A stretch of DNA of 64,000 nt from a virus (Duplodnaviria; Caudoviricetes): positions 32,001 through 96,000 of the IMG/VR virus record IMGVR_UViG_3300025389_000010. One strand, given 5' to 3'. Shown piece after piece: positions 40,436 through 49,721 of this stretch. A program made the position numbers and the translations under genes. How positions within the stretch are numbered: the stretch's first letter is position 1; each line of letters starts with the position of its first letter. The notes beneath the pieces are model-generated. The model did no database searches, was not told the origin of the DNA, and saw only the letters and a list, made by a program, of their open reading frames with translations.

Positions 40436-41851
40436 TTAATGCGATCTTGATTTTGTTGGCGTAACTGATGGCGTTGATGTTCGTGTGCAAGTTACTGTAG
40501 GTGTTGGTGTAACACTAATAACTGTTGTTGAAGTTACAGATGCCGTTGGTGTTTTTGTTATATCAGGTGTAACTTGTGGTGTATAATCAGGAGTTGCTTG
40601 TGGTGTACCTGTGTTTGTTGGTGTAACAAAAACAAACCCTCTTGATGCGGTAGCTGTGGGTGTTTTTGTTGGAGTAACAGGTATATTACCTGATGTGGGT
40701 GTTACTGTTGAAGTTGGAGTTACTGTTGAAGTTGGCGTAACGGTATTAGATGGTGTAATCGGTAATGTAATATCAGGCGTTACTTGTGGTGTACCTGTGT
40801 TTGTTGGTGTCGGTGTTGTTGTAGGTGTTCCTGTTGGGGTTGGTGTAGCTGCTGTATTTAAAATATTAATATATACTGTACCGGAACCATAAAGATAAAG
40901 CTGTACATTATTTTGATCAACTTGTAAAGTGCTTACACTGACACCACTTGTTGTATATCCAGCATAATATGCATAAGGTAAAGTTATGAAAGCTCCGCCG
41001 GGTTGACCATCTTGCGCCGTACCCGGTCTGTTTGAATATCCACTGTTACCGCCTATTCCTGCATTATTTGGGTATTGGGGTCCAGAAGCACCGTATGAAT
41101 TAGGACCATAAGAAACAGGGCAGAATGTAGGTGACCAATAAAACCCTGTTGATCCTGCTCCACCGTTACCACCAATAGCAGATGCAATAAGATTGTTTTT
41201 ATAAATAAGAATCGTATTACCACCATTTTGACCGTTGGCACCATCGGTATTTGAGTTTAGAGTGTGTCCTGCGGCTCCGCCAGCACCAATATCAATTCTT
41301 ATAGGATCAGTATTTAAGGATGCTGAAAATGCACCTGATATTTCGCTACCTGCACCACCACCATATGCGCTAATAGTTGCACATGTAAAATTTCCAGCAT
41401 GAATATCATTTGAATAGGCAGAATCACCACCACCACCACCGGCACCTTTAATTCTATAACTGACATTAAAATTAAAACCAGCTGATGGTGTGTTCGTTGG
41501 TGTATATGTTGGGGTTACTGTTAATTGTGGTGTTGGTTGGTTTGTATTATCAGGTGTAGGAAATGGTGTTTTTGTACTTGTATTTGTCGGAGTGGGTGTT
41601 TTTGAAGAAGTTGGAGTCTTTGAAGAAGTTGGAGTTGTAGTAGCACCAAGTGTCGGTTGTGGTGTATGTGTCTTTGTGGCAACGGGTGTTGCGGTATTTG
41701 TTGGCGTAACTGATGGCGTTGTAGTTTGTGTTTTTGTTTGTGTAGGTTGCGGTGTTGCCGACTTCGTTGCAAGTGGTGTTTTTGTACTGGTTGGAGTACC
41801 AGTACGTGTTGGTGTAGGAGTTTTTGTTGGCAATACAGCTGCGGGATTCAT
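40436..41851 (-). CDS. Thr/Pro mucin-like protein with central glycine-rich fibre domain (471 aa)
   Basis: TPT repeats flank YRIKGAGGGGG...IDIGAGGAAG...GQNGGNT. Confidence 0.75.
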   Translation of the reverse strand: MNPAAVLPTKTPTPTRTGTPTSTKTPLATKSATPQPTQTKTQTTTPSVTPTNTATPVATKTHTPQPTLGATTTPTSSKTPTSSKTPTPTNTSTKTPFPTPDNTNQPTPQLTVTPTYTPTNTPSAGFNFNVSYRIKGAGGGGGDSAYSNDIHAGNFTCATISAYGGGAGSEISGAFSASLNTDPIRIDIGAGGAAGHTLNSNTDGANGQNGGNTILIYKNNLIASAIGGNGGAGSTGFYWSPTFCPVSYGPNSYGASGPQYPNNAGIGGNSGYSNRPGTAQDGQPGGAFITLPYAYYAGYTTSGVSVSTLQVDQNNVQLYLYGSGTVYINILNTAATPTPTGTPTTTPTPTNTGTPQVTPDITLPITPSNTVTPTSTVTPTSTVTPTSGNIPVTPTKTPTATASRGFVFVTPTNTGTPQATPDYTPQVTPDITKTPTASVTSTTVISVTPTPTVTCTRTSTPSVTPTKSRSH

Positions 41852-41896
41852 ATTATATAATAATACTTAACTTTTTTTGTGCACAATTTTTAAATT

Positions 41897-42358
41897 TTAA
41901 ATATATTCTATTTGTATACCAAATATACTAGGGTTTTGTGTATATGCTGATATATCATATGCTGTTGAAATTTTAGAATTGCTATCTTTTATCAAAGAAC
42001 CATATCCTGCTTCGTTTTCAACTATAACATCAACATATCCATTTATTTTTGGAATTTGTGGGAAATAAAAAGCTACAAATTGTTCATTATAAACAAAATT
42101 TTGAAGTTTTACGGCACTAAAAGGTGGATTATTTGCTGATAGGTTATTTACATTTGAAAATATGTCATAATATGAAATATTATCAAACATTGATGTATCC
42201 GATGCGCTTAAATATACATTTCTAATATCTTTTAGAAAAGGACTTTTAACTAAAAATTCTAATTTATCAATTAAATCAGTATATTGGTTTACATACACAA
42301 CATTTCTGTTTATGCTTATTAAAAATGGTTTTGCTGAAATTACAAAATGATCTTGCAT
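41897..42358 (-). CDS. Hypothetical protein (possible Ig/IPT-like fold)
   Basis: FYFPQIPKINGYVDVIVENEAGYG. Confidence 0.45.
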   Translation of the reverse strand: MQDHFVISAKPFLISINRNVVYVNQYTDLIDKLEFLVKSPFLKDIRNVYLSASDTSMFDNISYYDIFSNVNNLSANNPPFSAVKLQNFVYNEQFVAFYFPQIPKINGYVDVIVENEAGYGSLIKDSNSKISTAYDISAYTQNPSIFGIQIEYI

Positions 42359-42366
42359 GATATTAT

Positions 42367-43110
42367 TTAATTGTTTCCAAAAACAGATTCAAAATCTTTT
42401 AATAATTGTGTATTTTGATTAACTATGGGGCTTGTACCATCATAATCAAAATAATCAGATGTTATCGTATATATTTTCTTTATAGGATCTTGTGCTTTTT
42501 TAAATAACCATCCTTTTATTGTAAAAGTTGTATCTGCTGTTATTCTAAAAGGCTGTGTTGGACCTAAATCCTGTGGATATGATAAATTTATACTTCCACT
42601 CCATAAAACTTCACTTCTTATTTCATATGGTATGTTTGAATCTTCATTGTTTGGTAATTTCCATGAAATTACAACATATGGATCATTATATGGTATAAAA
42701 TTACTTAATATTTGATCCATATCTAATTGATATCTTGTTACAATACTCATATTAACCGTAATATTGATTGGAACCGGTTGTAAAACATTTTTTAATAGTG
42801 TACCAGTAATATCTTTTTGTTCTGTATTAATCAAAAAACCTTCATTTTTATTAAAAACACGACTTTGATCTCTTGCTATACCACCAATACTAACTGCAAT
42901 TACAGGAACTGTTAAACCGCCGGGTGCTGGATTTTTTAAACTATTATAAACTCTTTGTTTTGGAGAATATACGTATAATACTTTAAAACCACTTGCTGGC
43001 GGTACTATAGTATTCGCATGATCATATCTTTTAATGACAACATCATTGAAAGCACCAATAAATTGTTCAAGTAATGTTTGGATTTCAAATCCAAATGTAT
43101 AATTTTTCAT
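42367..43110 (-). CDS. gp15: Tail sheath stabilizer/terminator gp15
   Basis: FIGAFNDVVIKRYD, PVPINITVNMSI...DMDQILSNFIPY, TFTIKGWLF. Confidence 0.88.
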   Translation of the reverse strand: MKNYTFGFEIQTLLEQFIGAFNDVVIKRYDHANTIVPPASGFKVLYVYSPKQRVYNSLKNPAPGGLTVPVIAVSIGGIARDQSRVFNKNEGFLINTEQKDITGTLLKNVLQPVPINITVNMSIVTRYQLDMDQILSNFIPYNDPYVVISWKLPNNEDSNIPYEIRSEVLWSGSINLSYPQDLGPTQPFRITADTTFTIKGWLFKKAQDPIKKIYTITSDYFDYDGTSPIVNQNTQLLKDFESVFGNN

Positions 43111-43116
43111 TCATAT

Positions 43117-43368
43117 CTACTTATCAAGATTATGAAGATCTTTAATCAAACTAATATCAATTTTCTTTTTGATACAATTACAAATTTCGTAAACTAGTGT
43201 GTTTTTATCTCTTCCGATATAACCTCTATTGTAACATTTTGAACAATTTCTAGGTTTTTCTAATAATGGAATTTGACCATCATCAAGTAATTTGATATCT
43301 TTTTCAGGAACTTCATAAAAGGTTCCGGAAAAAACACTATATATTTGTTTAGTTTTCGCTGTTGGCAT
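43117..43368 (-). CDS. Small Zn-ribbon-like hypothetical protein
   Basis: CSKCYNRG...CNC. Confidence 0.5.
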   Translation of the reverse strand: MPTAKTKQIYSVFSGTFYEVPEKDIKLLDDGQIPLLEKPRNCSKCYNRGYIGRDKNTLVYEICNCIKKKIDISLIKDLHNLDK

Positions 43369-43711
43369 TTATCAATAATATACTATCCCAAAACTTATTT
43401 CCACTTATTTTTTTAGGATATACGATTAAATTTGTCTCAATCTCAGGTGCATGTTTTGCAAGAGTTTTGATTCTATAATCAAAATATATAAGATTTTCTT
43501 TTTCGTGTATTTCAACGCCATAAGGTATTGGTATTTCTATTTTTTCTTTATCTTTTTTTAAAGTATTTATCACAAAAGTTATGAAGAAGTTTTTTTGATA
43601 AAAAAGAATAAGTTTTCCTTGTTTTAAAGATTTATTTTTAATTTCTAAATCAATATTTTTTTGAAGTAAAAATTTACAAGCTTTTTCTATTTCCGTTCCA
43701 TGTATTGTCAT
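43349..43711 (-). CDS. Hypothetical protein
   Basis: ORF coupled to neighbours in the operon. Confidence 0.5.
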   Translation of the reverse strand: MTIHGTEIEKACKFLLQKNIDLEIKNKSLKQGKLILFYQKNFFITFVINTLKKDKEKIEIPIPYGVEIHEKENLIYFDYRIKTLAKHAPEIETNLIVYPKKISGNKFWDSILLINANSEN

Positions 43712-44088
43712 TATATTAACATAAATGTCTGCTTCTCAGCATGAGACATATTTTTTATTTTCTTATCAAAGTAATTTATAAAATCTCTTTCTGGAATAGA
43801 ATTCATTAATTTTACAGCATCAACTGGAACGTTTCTCCACTCTTGCATCATTATGTCCCAAACTGTTATGAGACCTTTTGATGGTGCACTATATGGTGGA
43901 TCATGTTTTGGTTTTTTAAAATTTAAAGTTGCTGCACCAAAAGGAGAATATAAAAGATAATCACTAAGTGTACAAAGCATTCTTCTTGTTGTTACATTTG
44001 TCCATTTTGCTTTGTTTCTTCTGACAAATTGTATTTCTAATACATTTGATTTTAACTGTTTAAATAAATCAATATAACTTATTGCCAC
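43711..44088 (-). CDS. DUF2693/WYL_2-like SH3-fold protein of T4-like phages
   Basis: LEIQFVRRN...RRMLCTL...LITVWDIMMQEWRNV. Confidence 0.7.
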   Translation of the reverse strand: MAISYIDLFKQLKSNVLEIQFVRRNKAKWTNVTTRRMLCTLSDYLLYSPFGAATLNFKKPKHDPPYSAPSKGLITVWDIMMQEWRNVPVDAVKLMNSIPERDFINYFDKKIKNMSHAEKQTFMLI

Positions 44089-44091
44089 TTA

Positions 44092-44499
44092 TTATTTATC
44101 CTTTTTAGATTTTTTAGTTTGTTCTTTAGATTCACAAATTCCAAAAATCCTACTTTCATTCAAGAAAACAATATGCTTCAAATCATTAAGATTTGCTACT
44201 TGTATCCCTTTATCATTTGGAAAAACAATAACATCACCTTCTTTGACTGTTCTGCAATCAGGTCCAGCAAGAATAACCTTTGCCAACCTCCATGTAAAAT
44301 TAACAGTATGAATAGGAACAAAAATACTACCTCTTTTAATTTCTGTACCATCTTCACTAACGTCGATATATTGACACATCAATATGTCATCCAAAACTTT
44401 TGTAAGATTCCAATCATCGAGTGCAAATGCATGTCCTAAATAATTGTCTAATTGTACTTTGCCGCCGATTCTGTCTTCTTGTGCTGGTCTTGGTATCAT
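44092..44499 (-). CDS. groES: GroES-like co-chaperonin (gp31-like)
   Basis: EIKRGSIFVP (mobile loop), AKVILAGPDCRTVKEGDVIVF, FLNESRIFG. Confidence 0.75.
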   Translation of the reverse strand: MIPRPAQEDRIGGKVQLDNYLGHAFALDDWNLTKVLDDILMCQYIDVSEDGTEIKRGSIFVPIHTVNFTWRLAKVILAGPDCRTVKEGDVIVFPNDKGIQVANLNDLKHIVFLNESRIFGICESKEQTKKSKKDK

Positions 44500-44507
44500 A
44501 TGTGTTT

Positions 44508-44879
44508 TTATTTACTAACGTTATCAATTTCTGCAAGTGTATTCTTGAAATATTCTATTTCTCTAATTGAACATTCCATTAACGTAGCTAAATCATGATT
44601 ATCTTCTTCGTCTTTTTCATGATTTGGCTTCTTGATATAAGAAATTCTTTTTGAAAATTTAGGTAACATTGCCCTATAAAAATATTGCACATTAAACTCA
44701 TTTTTAACACTAAACCACTTATTCGTTGTTAAGTTTATAAGCTTTGCAATCGGTGCGTTTGTCATAGACAACCACCGATTAACCAAAAAATTAGGAACAT
44801 TATAATTTAAAACAGGTTCATCTGATTGTTTTAAAATATAATTTAAAAAATCAAAGAGTCTATTATCCTTGTTTATCAT
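44508..44879 (-). CDS. gp62: Clamp loader small subunit gp62
   Basis: FLVNRWLSM...IAKLINL...QYFYRAMLPKFSKRISYIKK. Confidence 0.7.
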   Translation of the reverse strand: MINKDNRLFDFLNYILKQSDEPVLNYNVPNFLVNRWLSMTNAPIAKLINLTTNKWFSVKNEFNVQYFYRAMLPKFSKRISYIKKPNHEKDEEDNHDLATLMECSIREIEYFKNTLAEIDNVSK

Positions 44880-45546
44880 TTCTATATAATTTTATAAATT
44901 TATCAGCACTTTTTCTCCATTCTATTGTTGTCATACTGTCACCCAAGCCAAAATGAACAACTTTTATTGGCGTAACACCCATCTTAAGCTTGTTTTTATT
45001 AGCATTCAAGCAAAATGTTATATCATAATGATGAAAATCAAAATTTTCATCAAATGTTGTTTTAGTTTCAAGTAATCTTTCGACGTTTACTGCTATAAAC
45101 AATCCATCCATTATCAAAACCCTTGATTCGGTTGGACCAAATACAGTAGTCCATGTTTTGCTTTCGTGTGAATGTGAAACTTCGCCGCAAAAATCTTCTT
45201 TATCAGCCATTAAATGCCAAGCTGGTGTTTTTTCCAAATTGCATTTCTTTGCACCTGCTAAACCAACAATATCATATTTTGTAAATGCAATATTTAATTT
45301 TTCTTCAAGAAATAAATCTTCTATTAAAACATCATCATGTACAAATATTACTTTTTTATGACTAAAAGATTCAGATATAAATCTATTATATAATTTTGTT
45401 AATCCTTTATTGTTATTATAAAATACTGATGCGTTTTTAAAATTGTCACTTTTTTCCAAATAAGTACAAATTGGAGTATTTCTAAAATCAGATTTAGATT
45501 TTCGTGTAGCTATGACAAAATGATATTTATTTTCAGAAATAGACAT
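44863..45546 (-). CDS. GT-A fold glycosyltransferase-like protein
   Basis: VIFVHDDV, VGLAGAK, MDGLFIA, FDENFDFHHYDITFCL. Confidence 0.8.
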   Translation of the reverse strand: MSISENKYHFVIATRKSKSDFRNTPICTYLEKSDNFKNASVFYNNNKGLTKLYNRFISESFSHKKVIFVHDDVLIEDLFLEEKLNIAFTKYDIVGLAGAKKCNLEKTPAWHLMADKEDFCGEVSHSHESKTWTTVFGPTESRVLIMDGLFIAVNVERLLETKTTFDENFDFHHYDITFCLNANKNKLKMGVTPIKVVHFGLGDSMTTIEWRKSADKFIKLYRNDKQG

Positions 45547-45573
45547 ATTCTTGTATAAATATAAATATCAGAT

Positions 45574-46209
45574 ATGGCAATTAAATCAAAGAAAAAAAGT
45601 TTAAAACCAAAAAAATTGGTTAAAAAGACCCCAAAAAACATTGTTCCTTCTTCTCCAAAGAAAGTTCAAAATGAAGTTTCTAGAATTCTTACACAAAATA
45701 AAGAAAGAATGAATCTCAAAGAAGGTCATATTCCATTTGCTTCAAGATTTTTAGCCTCTTTGTTAAAAGAACAAGAAGAAACTCTTCCAACACCACCTGT
45801 TGGTGATGATGAAATCAAAACTCCGGATAAATTTACACCAGAAGGTGATAAAGAGGCTTTTGATAAGTCATTAGAGCCTGAAACAGATAAAGATGAATTT
45901 GAGACACAAGGTGTTTCGCCTGATGTTACTTCACAGACAATAAACAGCATCAGAGAATGGTCCGTAAAACTTGATCAGTTTGCCGAATTCTTAAATGATC
46001 CTTCATCAAAGTCACTTCACAAAATTCTTGCTGATGGTGACAGAGCAGGTAGTTTGCTTCGTGGTGTAACTAGAAAAGCATCTGATTCTATCACTCGTAT
46101 TGCCGGTGAAGTTGAGAAACTTAAAGAAATTCTCAATACCTATATTATCACTGCTCCTAAAAAGCTTCGTGATACGGAACAGCAGACTGCTGGTTGGACA
46201 CAATACTAA
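45574..46209 (+). CDS. Hypothetical late protein, possible internal head protein
   Basis: Canonical TATAAATA at 45554-45561; basic N-terminus, then LLKEQEE and an acidic region. Confidence 0.55.
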   Translation: MAIKSKKKSLKPKKLVKKTPKNIVPSSPKKVQNEVSRILTQNKERMNLKEGHIPFASRFLASLLKEQEETLPTPPVGDDEIKTPDKFTPEGDKEAFDKSLEPETDKDEFETQGVSPDVTSQTINSIREWSVKLDQFAEFLNDPSSKSLHKILADGDRAGSLLRGVTRKASDSITRIAGEVEKLKEILNTYIITAPKKLRDTEQQTAGWTQY

Positions 46210-47165
46210 AATACGTTATCAATTATAATTTGATAATCTATTTCGTTTAAATCCTCAAATAGTGCCATCTCGTTGAAGTCTTTGTAGGCCATTCTCGGTT
46301 TCCATTTAAAAACCGTTTCATTGCTAACTAGTAATTGCTTGGTTTTTTCATGTGCAGAATCATCAAAACTTGGATTATCCAAAACCCATATCCTTTTATG
46401 AAAGGGAAACTCCAAAAGCTGTCTTTCCTGTATTCTACTCATCGTTAAACCTGCTAAACTTACTCCATTTTTAACAAACATTGCATCTATTGGCCCTTCA
46501 AACATGAATATATAGGGAATATCGTTTGATACACGATCTATACCAAATACTGTCTTGTCTGAACCGTATTTCCCCAAATATCTAGGTTCTGTTTTATCAA
46601 TAGATCTTGTTTGGTAGAAAACTATCTTTTTAGATCTATCGTAAAAAGGAATACAGAGTCGATTCTTATGTGAAAAATCAGTAAGACTTAAAAATAAATT
46701 TGGAGATTTATTAATAGCAGTATCTAGTCTTCTATTTTTAGCATATTCCAATGCCTGATTGAATATTTTGTTATTACTATAGTATTTTTGCTGAACAACA
46801 TCAAAAATGTTTATAGAATCATAAGGCAAATCAGGAACTTCACGTTTAAATGTTTTATTTTCCGTTATCTTGTTTGATATATCAGTTGAATATTCATTTG
46901 ATAGAATTTCATTATCAAGTTCTTCCTTTGATAAATTACATACGTTTGTAATCCACGAATAAGCCGACCATGTCTTTGAACAATTGAAGCAATGAAAGGT
47001 ATTTGAAGACGGATAAAAGAAAAGTCTCTTCTTTTTACCGTAACTTTTACCTTCTTTACATACAGGGCATCCCGCATTATAGGTATTGTCTTGCTTCCTA
47101 TATGTTGGATCGTAAGAATGAGCCAAAAATTTATTTAAAACGTAACTTTCCGGTATTTTAGGCAT
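46206..47165 (-). CDS. gp61: DNA primase gp61
   Basis: CPVCKEG...FHCFNC zinc finger, RLCIPFYD, FYQTRSI, FMFEGPIDAMF (TOPRIM), WVLDN, KDFNEM. Confidence 0.95.
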   Translation of the reverse strand: MPKIPESYVLNKFLAHSYDPTYRKQDNTYNAGCPVCKEGKSYGKKKRLFFYPSSNTFHCFNCSKTWSAYSWITNVCNLSKEELDNEILSNEYSTDISNKITENKTFKREVPDLPYDSINIFDVVQQKYYSNNKIFNQALEYAKNRRLDTAINKSPNLFLSLTDFSHKNRLCIPFYDRSKKIVFYQTRSIDKTEPRYLGKYGSDKTVFGIDRVSNDIPYIFMFEGPIDAMFVKNGVSLAGLTMSRIQERQLLEFPFHKRIWVLDNPSFDDSAHEKTKQLLVSNETVFKWKPRMAYKDFNEMALFEDLNEIDYQIIIDNVF

Positions 47166-47172
47166 AGTACTG

Positions 47173-47200
47173 ATTATAAAATCAGTATAATTTAAGTCAA
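47173..47200 (-). promoter_or_regulatory. Sigma70-like primase promoter TTGACT-N16-TATAAT-N7-ATG, with a palindrome over the -10
   Basis: Read directly; inverted repeat tactgatt-ataa-aatcagta at 47168-47187. Confidence 0.7.
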
Positions 47201-47203
47201 GCC

Positions 47204-47623
47204 TTAATATTCAGGAGAAAGATCATCTGTTAATTCAGATGTTTCTGTGGGTTCTTGTTGAACCGGCTCCGGTTCTACCTTTTTAGGTTTTTCATATTCA
47301 TTAAAAGGTGAATCTGCTCTATTTTTTAGAAATTCATAAAACATTCTTGCATAACCGTCTGCAATTTGACCTTTTCCTTTATCCATCATGATAAGTTTCA
47401 CGTGTTTCATGAAATCTTTTGGAGTATAAACATGACTTCCGCTAAGTTCATCTGCAATGGCACCAAAATGTCCCTTATCGTGAATATGTAAATGATGTTT
47501 TTTATCTATTTCTGAAATATGTTGCTTTACTTTATCAACATTAATAGTAAAAGGTTTGTCTTTATCTGCCTTTCTACCTTCAGTTATTATAGAATCACAA
47601 AAATTATCGAATTTTTTAAGCAT
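47204..47623 (-). CDS. Hypothetical late protein, possible internal head protein
   Basis: MLKKFDNFCDSIITEG N-terminus; ATAAGTA upstream. Confidence 0.55.
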   Translation of the reverse strand: MLKKFDNFCDSIITEGRKADKDKPFTINVDKVKQHISEIDKKHHLHIHDKGHFGAIADELSGSHVYTPKDFMKHVKLIMMDKGKGQIADGYARMFYEFLKNRADSPFNEYEKPKKVEPEPVQQEPTETSELTDDLSPEY

Positions 47624-47637
47624 GTTTATACTTATCT

Positions 47638-48282
47638 TTAGATATTATCATTAATAATATCAGTTATAAGACTTTGCTCTTCGCCATAACAACCACCGGA
47701 TTCGGTTATATAAAATTCTGTCATCTTTATTCTCTCTTCAGGGTTGCCGTATATCTCAATAATTGCAGGTGAATCACCAGCAGGGAAAATTCTACCATCA
47801 CCTTTATGATAACATTGCTGAAGAACCTTAAATATATTATCAATTTCTTCCCTAAAGACAGGATCAACAGATCTAAATCCATCATCCTGTAAATCAACTT
47901 CTGAAAATTTCGTAATCGGTAAAAAGAAAAGAATATCGTATAATCTAAGAGCTTCTCTTGCAATAACTCTTTGTGTATCAAGAAAATCTTCTGATACAAG
48001 ACCCTTTAAATTCAACCACATTGTATAAGCCAAACAATCAAGAACTGATCTATCTAAAATAACATTATCTTTCTTTGAATATTTGGTAGCCTGATCAACT
48101 AAAAAGTTCATTATGAACTCTTGAGTCTCTTGTGTTGAATTCTCACTATGAGAAAGATTCTTTTCTTTCAAAGCTTCTCTATATGACTCTTTGGGTGTCT
48201 CATACATCGACCACTTTTTAAGAAAGTCTTTAATATAAGTTGACTTGCCGATACATTGTGTTCCTATTACTGCTATTTTCAT
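47638..48282 (-). CDS. P-loop nucleoside/nucleotide kinase-like protein (AAA_28/NadR-like)
   Basis: IAVIGTQCIGKST, ILDRSVLDCLAY, YDILFFLP, FRSVDPVFREEID. Confidence 0.8.
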   Translation of the reverse strand: MKIAVIGTQCIGKSTYIKDFLKKWSMYETPKESYREALKEKNLSHSENSTQETQEFIMNFLVDQATKYSKKDNVILDRSVLDCLAYTMWLNLKGLVSEDFLDTQRVIAREALRLYDILFFLPITKFSEVDLQDDGFRSVDPVFREEIDNIFKVLQQCYHKGDGRIFPAGDSPAIIEIYGNPEERIKMTEFYITESGGCYGEEQSLITDIINDNI

Positions 48283-48587
48283 TATAATGATTGTGCTTGG
48301 TTTATGATTTCTTCCTGATTCTTTTTAATTTCTGGAAAAATTTCCATTATCTCAGTTGAGTGTTCATCGTGAAAACTAATATTTTGACCCTCATACAAAT
48401 AAACATTTTCTAAAAAAATATCAGGAAAAAATTGTCTGATTTTCTTCGCAAGATCGAAAGCTCTTAATGAATCTTCTTTATACCAATTGGCACAAACATC
48501 AGTTGATGATGAAAAAAGAAGAGATTCTAAAATTGTTGCAATTTCTTCTTTGGTTAAAGAATTTATCGAATACGATTTATTTGTCAT
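48282..48587 (-). CDS. Hypothetical protein
   Basis: Likely start MTNKSY at 48587, after TTGATT-N16-TAAAAT-N7. Confidence 0.5.
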   Translation of the reverse strand: MTNKSYSINSLTKEEIATILESLLFSSSTDVCANWYKEDSLRAFDLAKKIRQFFPDIFLENVYLYEGQNISFHDEHSTEIMEIFPEIKKNQEEIINQAQSL

Positions 48588-48630
48588 GTTTTTTATTTTA
48601 TATAAAAACAATAATAAATCAACTTATATT

Positions 48631-49032
48631 TTAATCACCTTCTGTATTATTTGGATTTGATGCAAATAATGAATTAAGAGAATCTAAATTTTTATCAAGA
48701 TTATCTTTATTAATAGCAGAATCTAAACTCGTAAAATTTTCATTATTTCTAATTGAATCCAATGTATTATTTGGATTAGAAACAAATTCTTTAAAATTAT
48801 TAATCATTTGAGAAACATTGTTAATGTGACTATCAAGTTGTGTCTTATAATCATTTTCATTAACTTCAGGAATACCGCTTTCATCGCTTGTTCCTTCTGG
48901 TGGAGAATCCTGTCCAATTGGATTTTCGGGTGTAGCGGTTTCAGGTTGTTCACCCGTTGCAGTGTCTTGCTCTAAATTATCTTCACCGAGAAGGCTGCGA
49001 ACTTGTTCATAAAGTTTAATAAATTTACTCAT
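48631..49032 (-). CDS. Acidic hypothetical late protein, possible internal head protein
   Basis: MSKFIKLYEQVRSLLGED; ATAAATA upstream. Confidence 0.5.
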   Translation of the reverse strand: MSKFIKLYEQVRSLLGEDNLEQDTATGEQPETATPENPIGQDSPPEGTSDESGIPEVNENDYKTQLDSHINNVSQMINNFKEFVSNPNNTLDSIRNNENFTSLDSAINKDNLDKNLDSLNSLFASNPNNTEGD

Positions 49033-49141
49033 AATGTATAATATTTATCTTAGTTTATGCAAAATCAAAAAATAAACCAAACAATAGGTGGTTGTATTTC
49101 TTTAATCAAGTTCCAAATTTTCTTTAACATAAAAATATTTA

Positions 49142-49169
49142 TTGACATATCGTTCCAATATCATATATT
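49142..49169 (+). promoter_or_regulatory. Sigma70-like promoter for heme oxygenase (TTGACA-N16-TATATT-N6-ATG)
   Basis: Read directly; spacing implies a leaderless mRNA. Confidence 0.65.
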
Positions 49170-49175
49170 AATTAT

Positions 49176-49721
49176 ATGAACTTTCAAGAAAAACTTAAAA
49201 ACGAAACTAAAATCAATCACGATGCAGCCGAGCAACATCCTTTTAATGAGCAATTGATGAAAGGTGAACTTCCTGATCAAAAATATTACCTTTATTTAAA
49301 AAATATTGTTCCCGTTTATGATTATATTGAAAAGCGTTTGAGTTTTAATGGTGAACTCATTAGATCCACTTTGATTTATAATGATATTTCCGCTTATGCA
49401 AAAGATGGTTGTACAAATGGCCCTTTAAATTACTTTGTTTATGATTGGATGAATGTTCTTGCTCAAAAGAGCAATGTTCAGCTTCTTTCTGAAGTATATG
49501 TCGAGTGGCTTAAGGATGTATATGGTGGACAAATCATTTCAAAGTTTGTTAAATTCAACAGTCATCTTAAATTCAGCAACCAAAAGGAAACAATCGGTAA
49601 CGTAAGAGGATTGTTGGCATCTATAACACCTGAACTTGAAAAAGATTTTATTTTTGAAGTCAACAGGACTTATATTAATCACTATAATTTGATGGACAGC
49701 ATAATGTACGGATCAAAATGA
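49176..49721 (+). CDS. ho1: Heme oxygenase
   Basis: LKNETKINHDAAEQHPF (proximal His), YYLYLKN, distal DxxGGQII motif. Confidence 0.85.
   Translation: MNFQEKLKNETKINHDAAEQHPFNEQLMKGELPDQKYYLYLKNIVPVYDYIEKRLSFNGELIRSTLIYNDISAYAKDGCTNGPLNYFVYDWMNVLAQKSNVQLLSEVYVEWLKDVYGGQIISKFVKFNSHLKFSNQKETIGNVRGLLASITPELEKDFIFEVNRTYINHYNLMDSIMYGSK

Noticed and set aside
40611-41870. + strand VGVGV ORFs and short alternative-frame ORFs
   Set aside because: Shadows of the PT-rich 471-aa gene
49033-49141. Possible tRNA in intergenic gaps
   Set aside because: No cloverleaf or T-loop GTTCGA pattern seen here or in the other gaps I inspected
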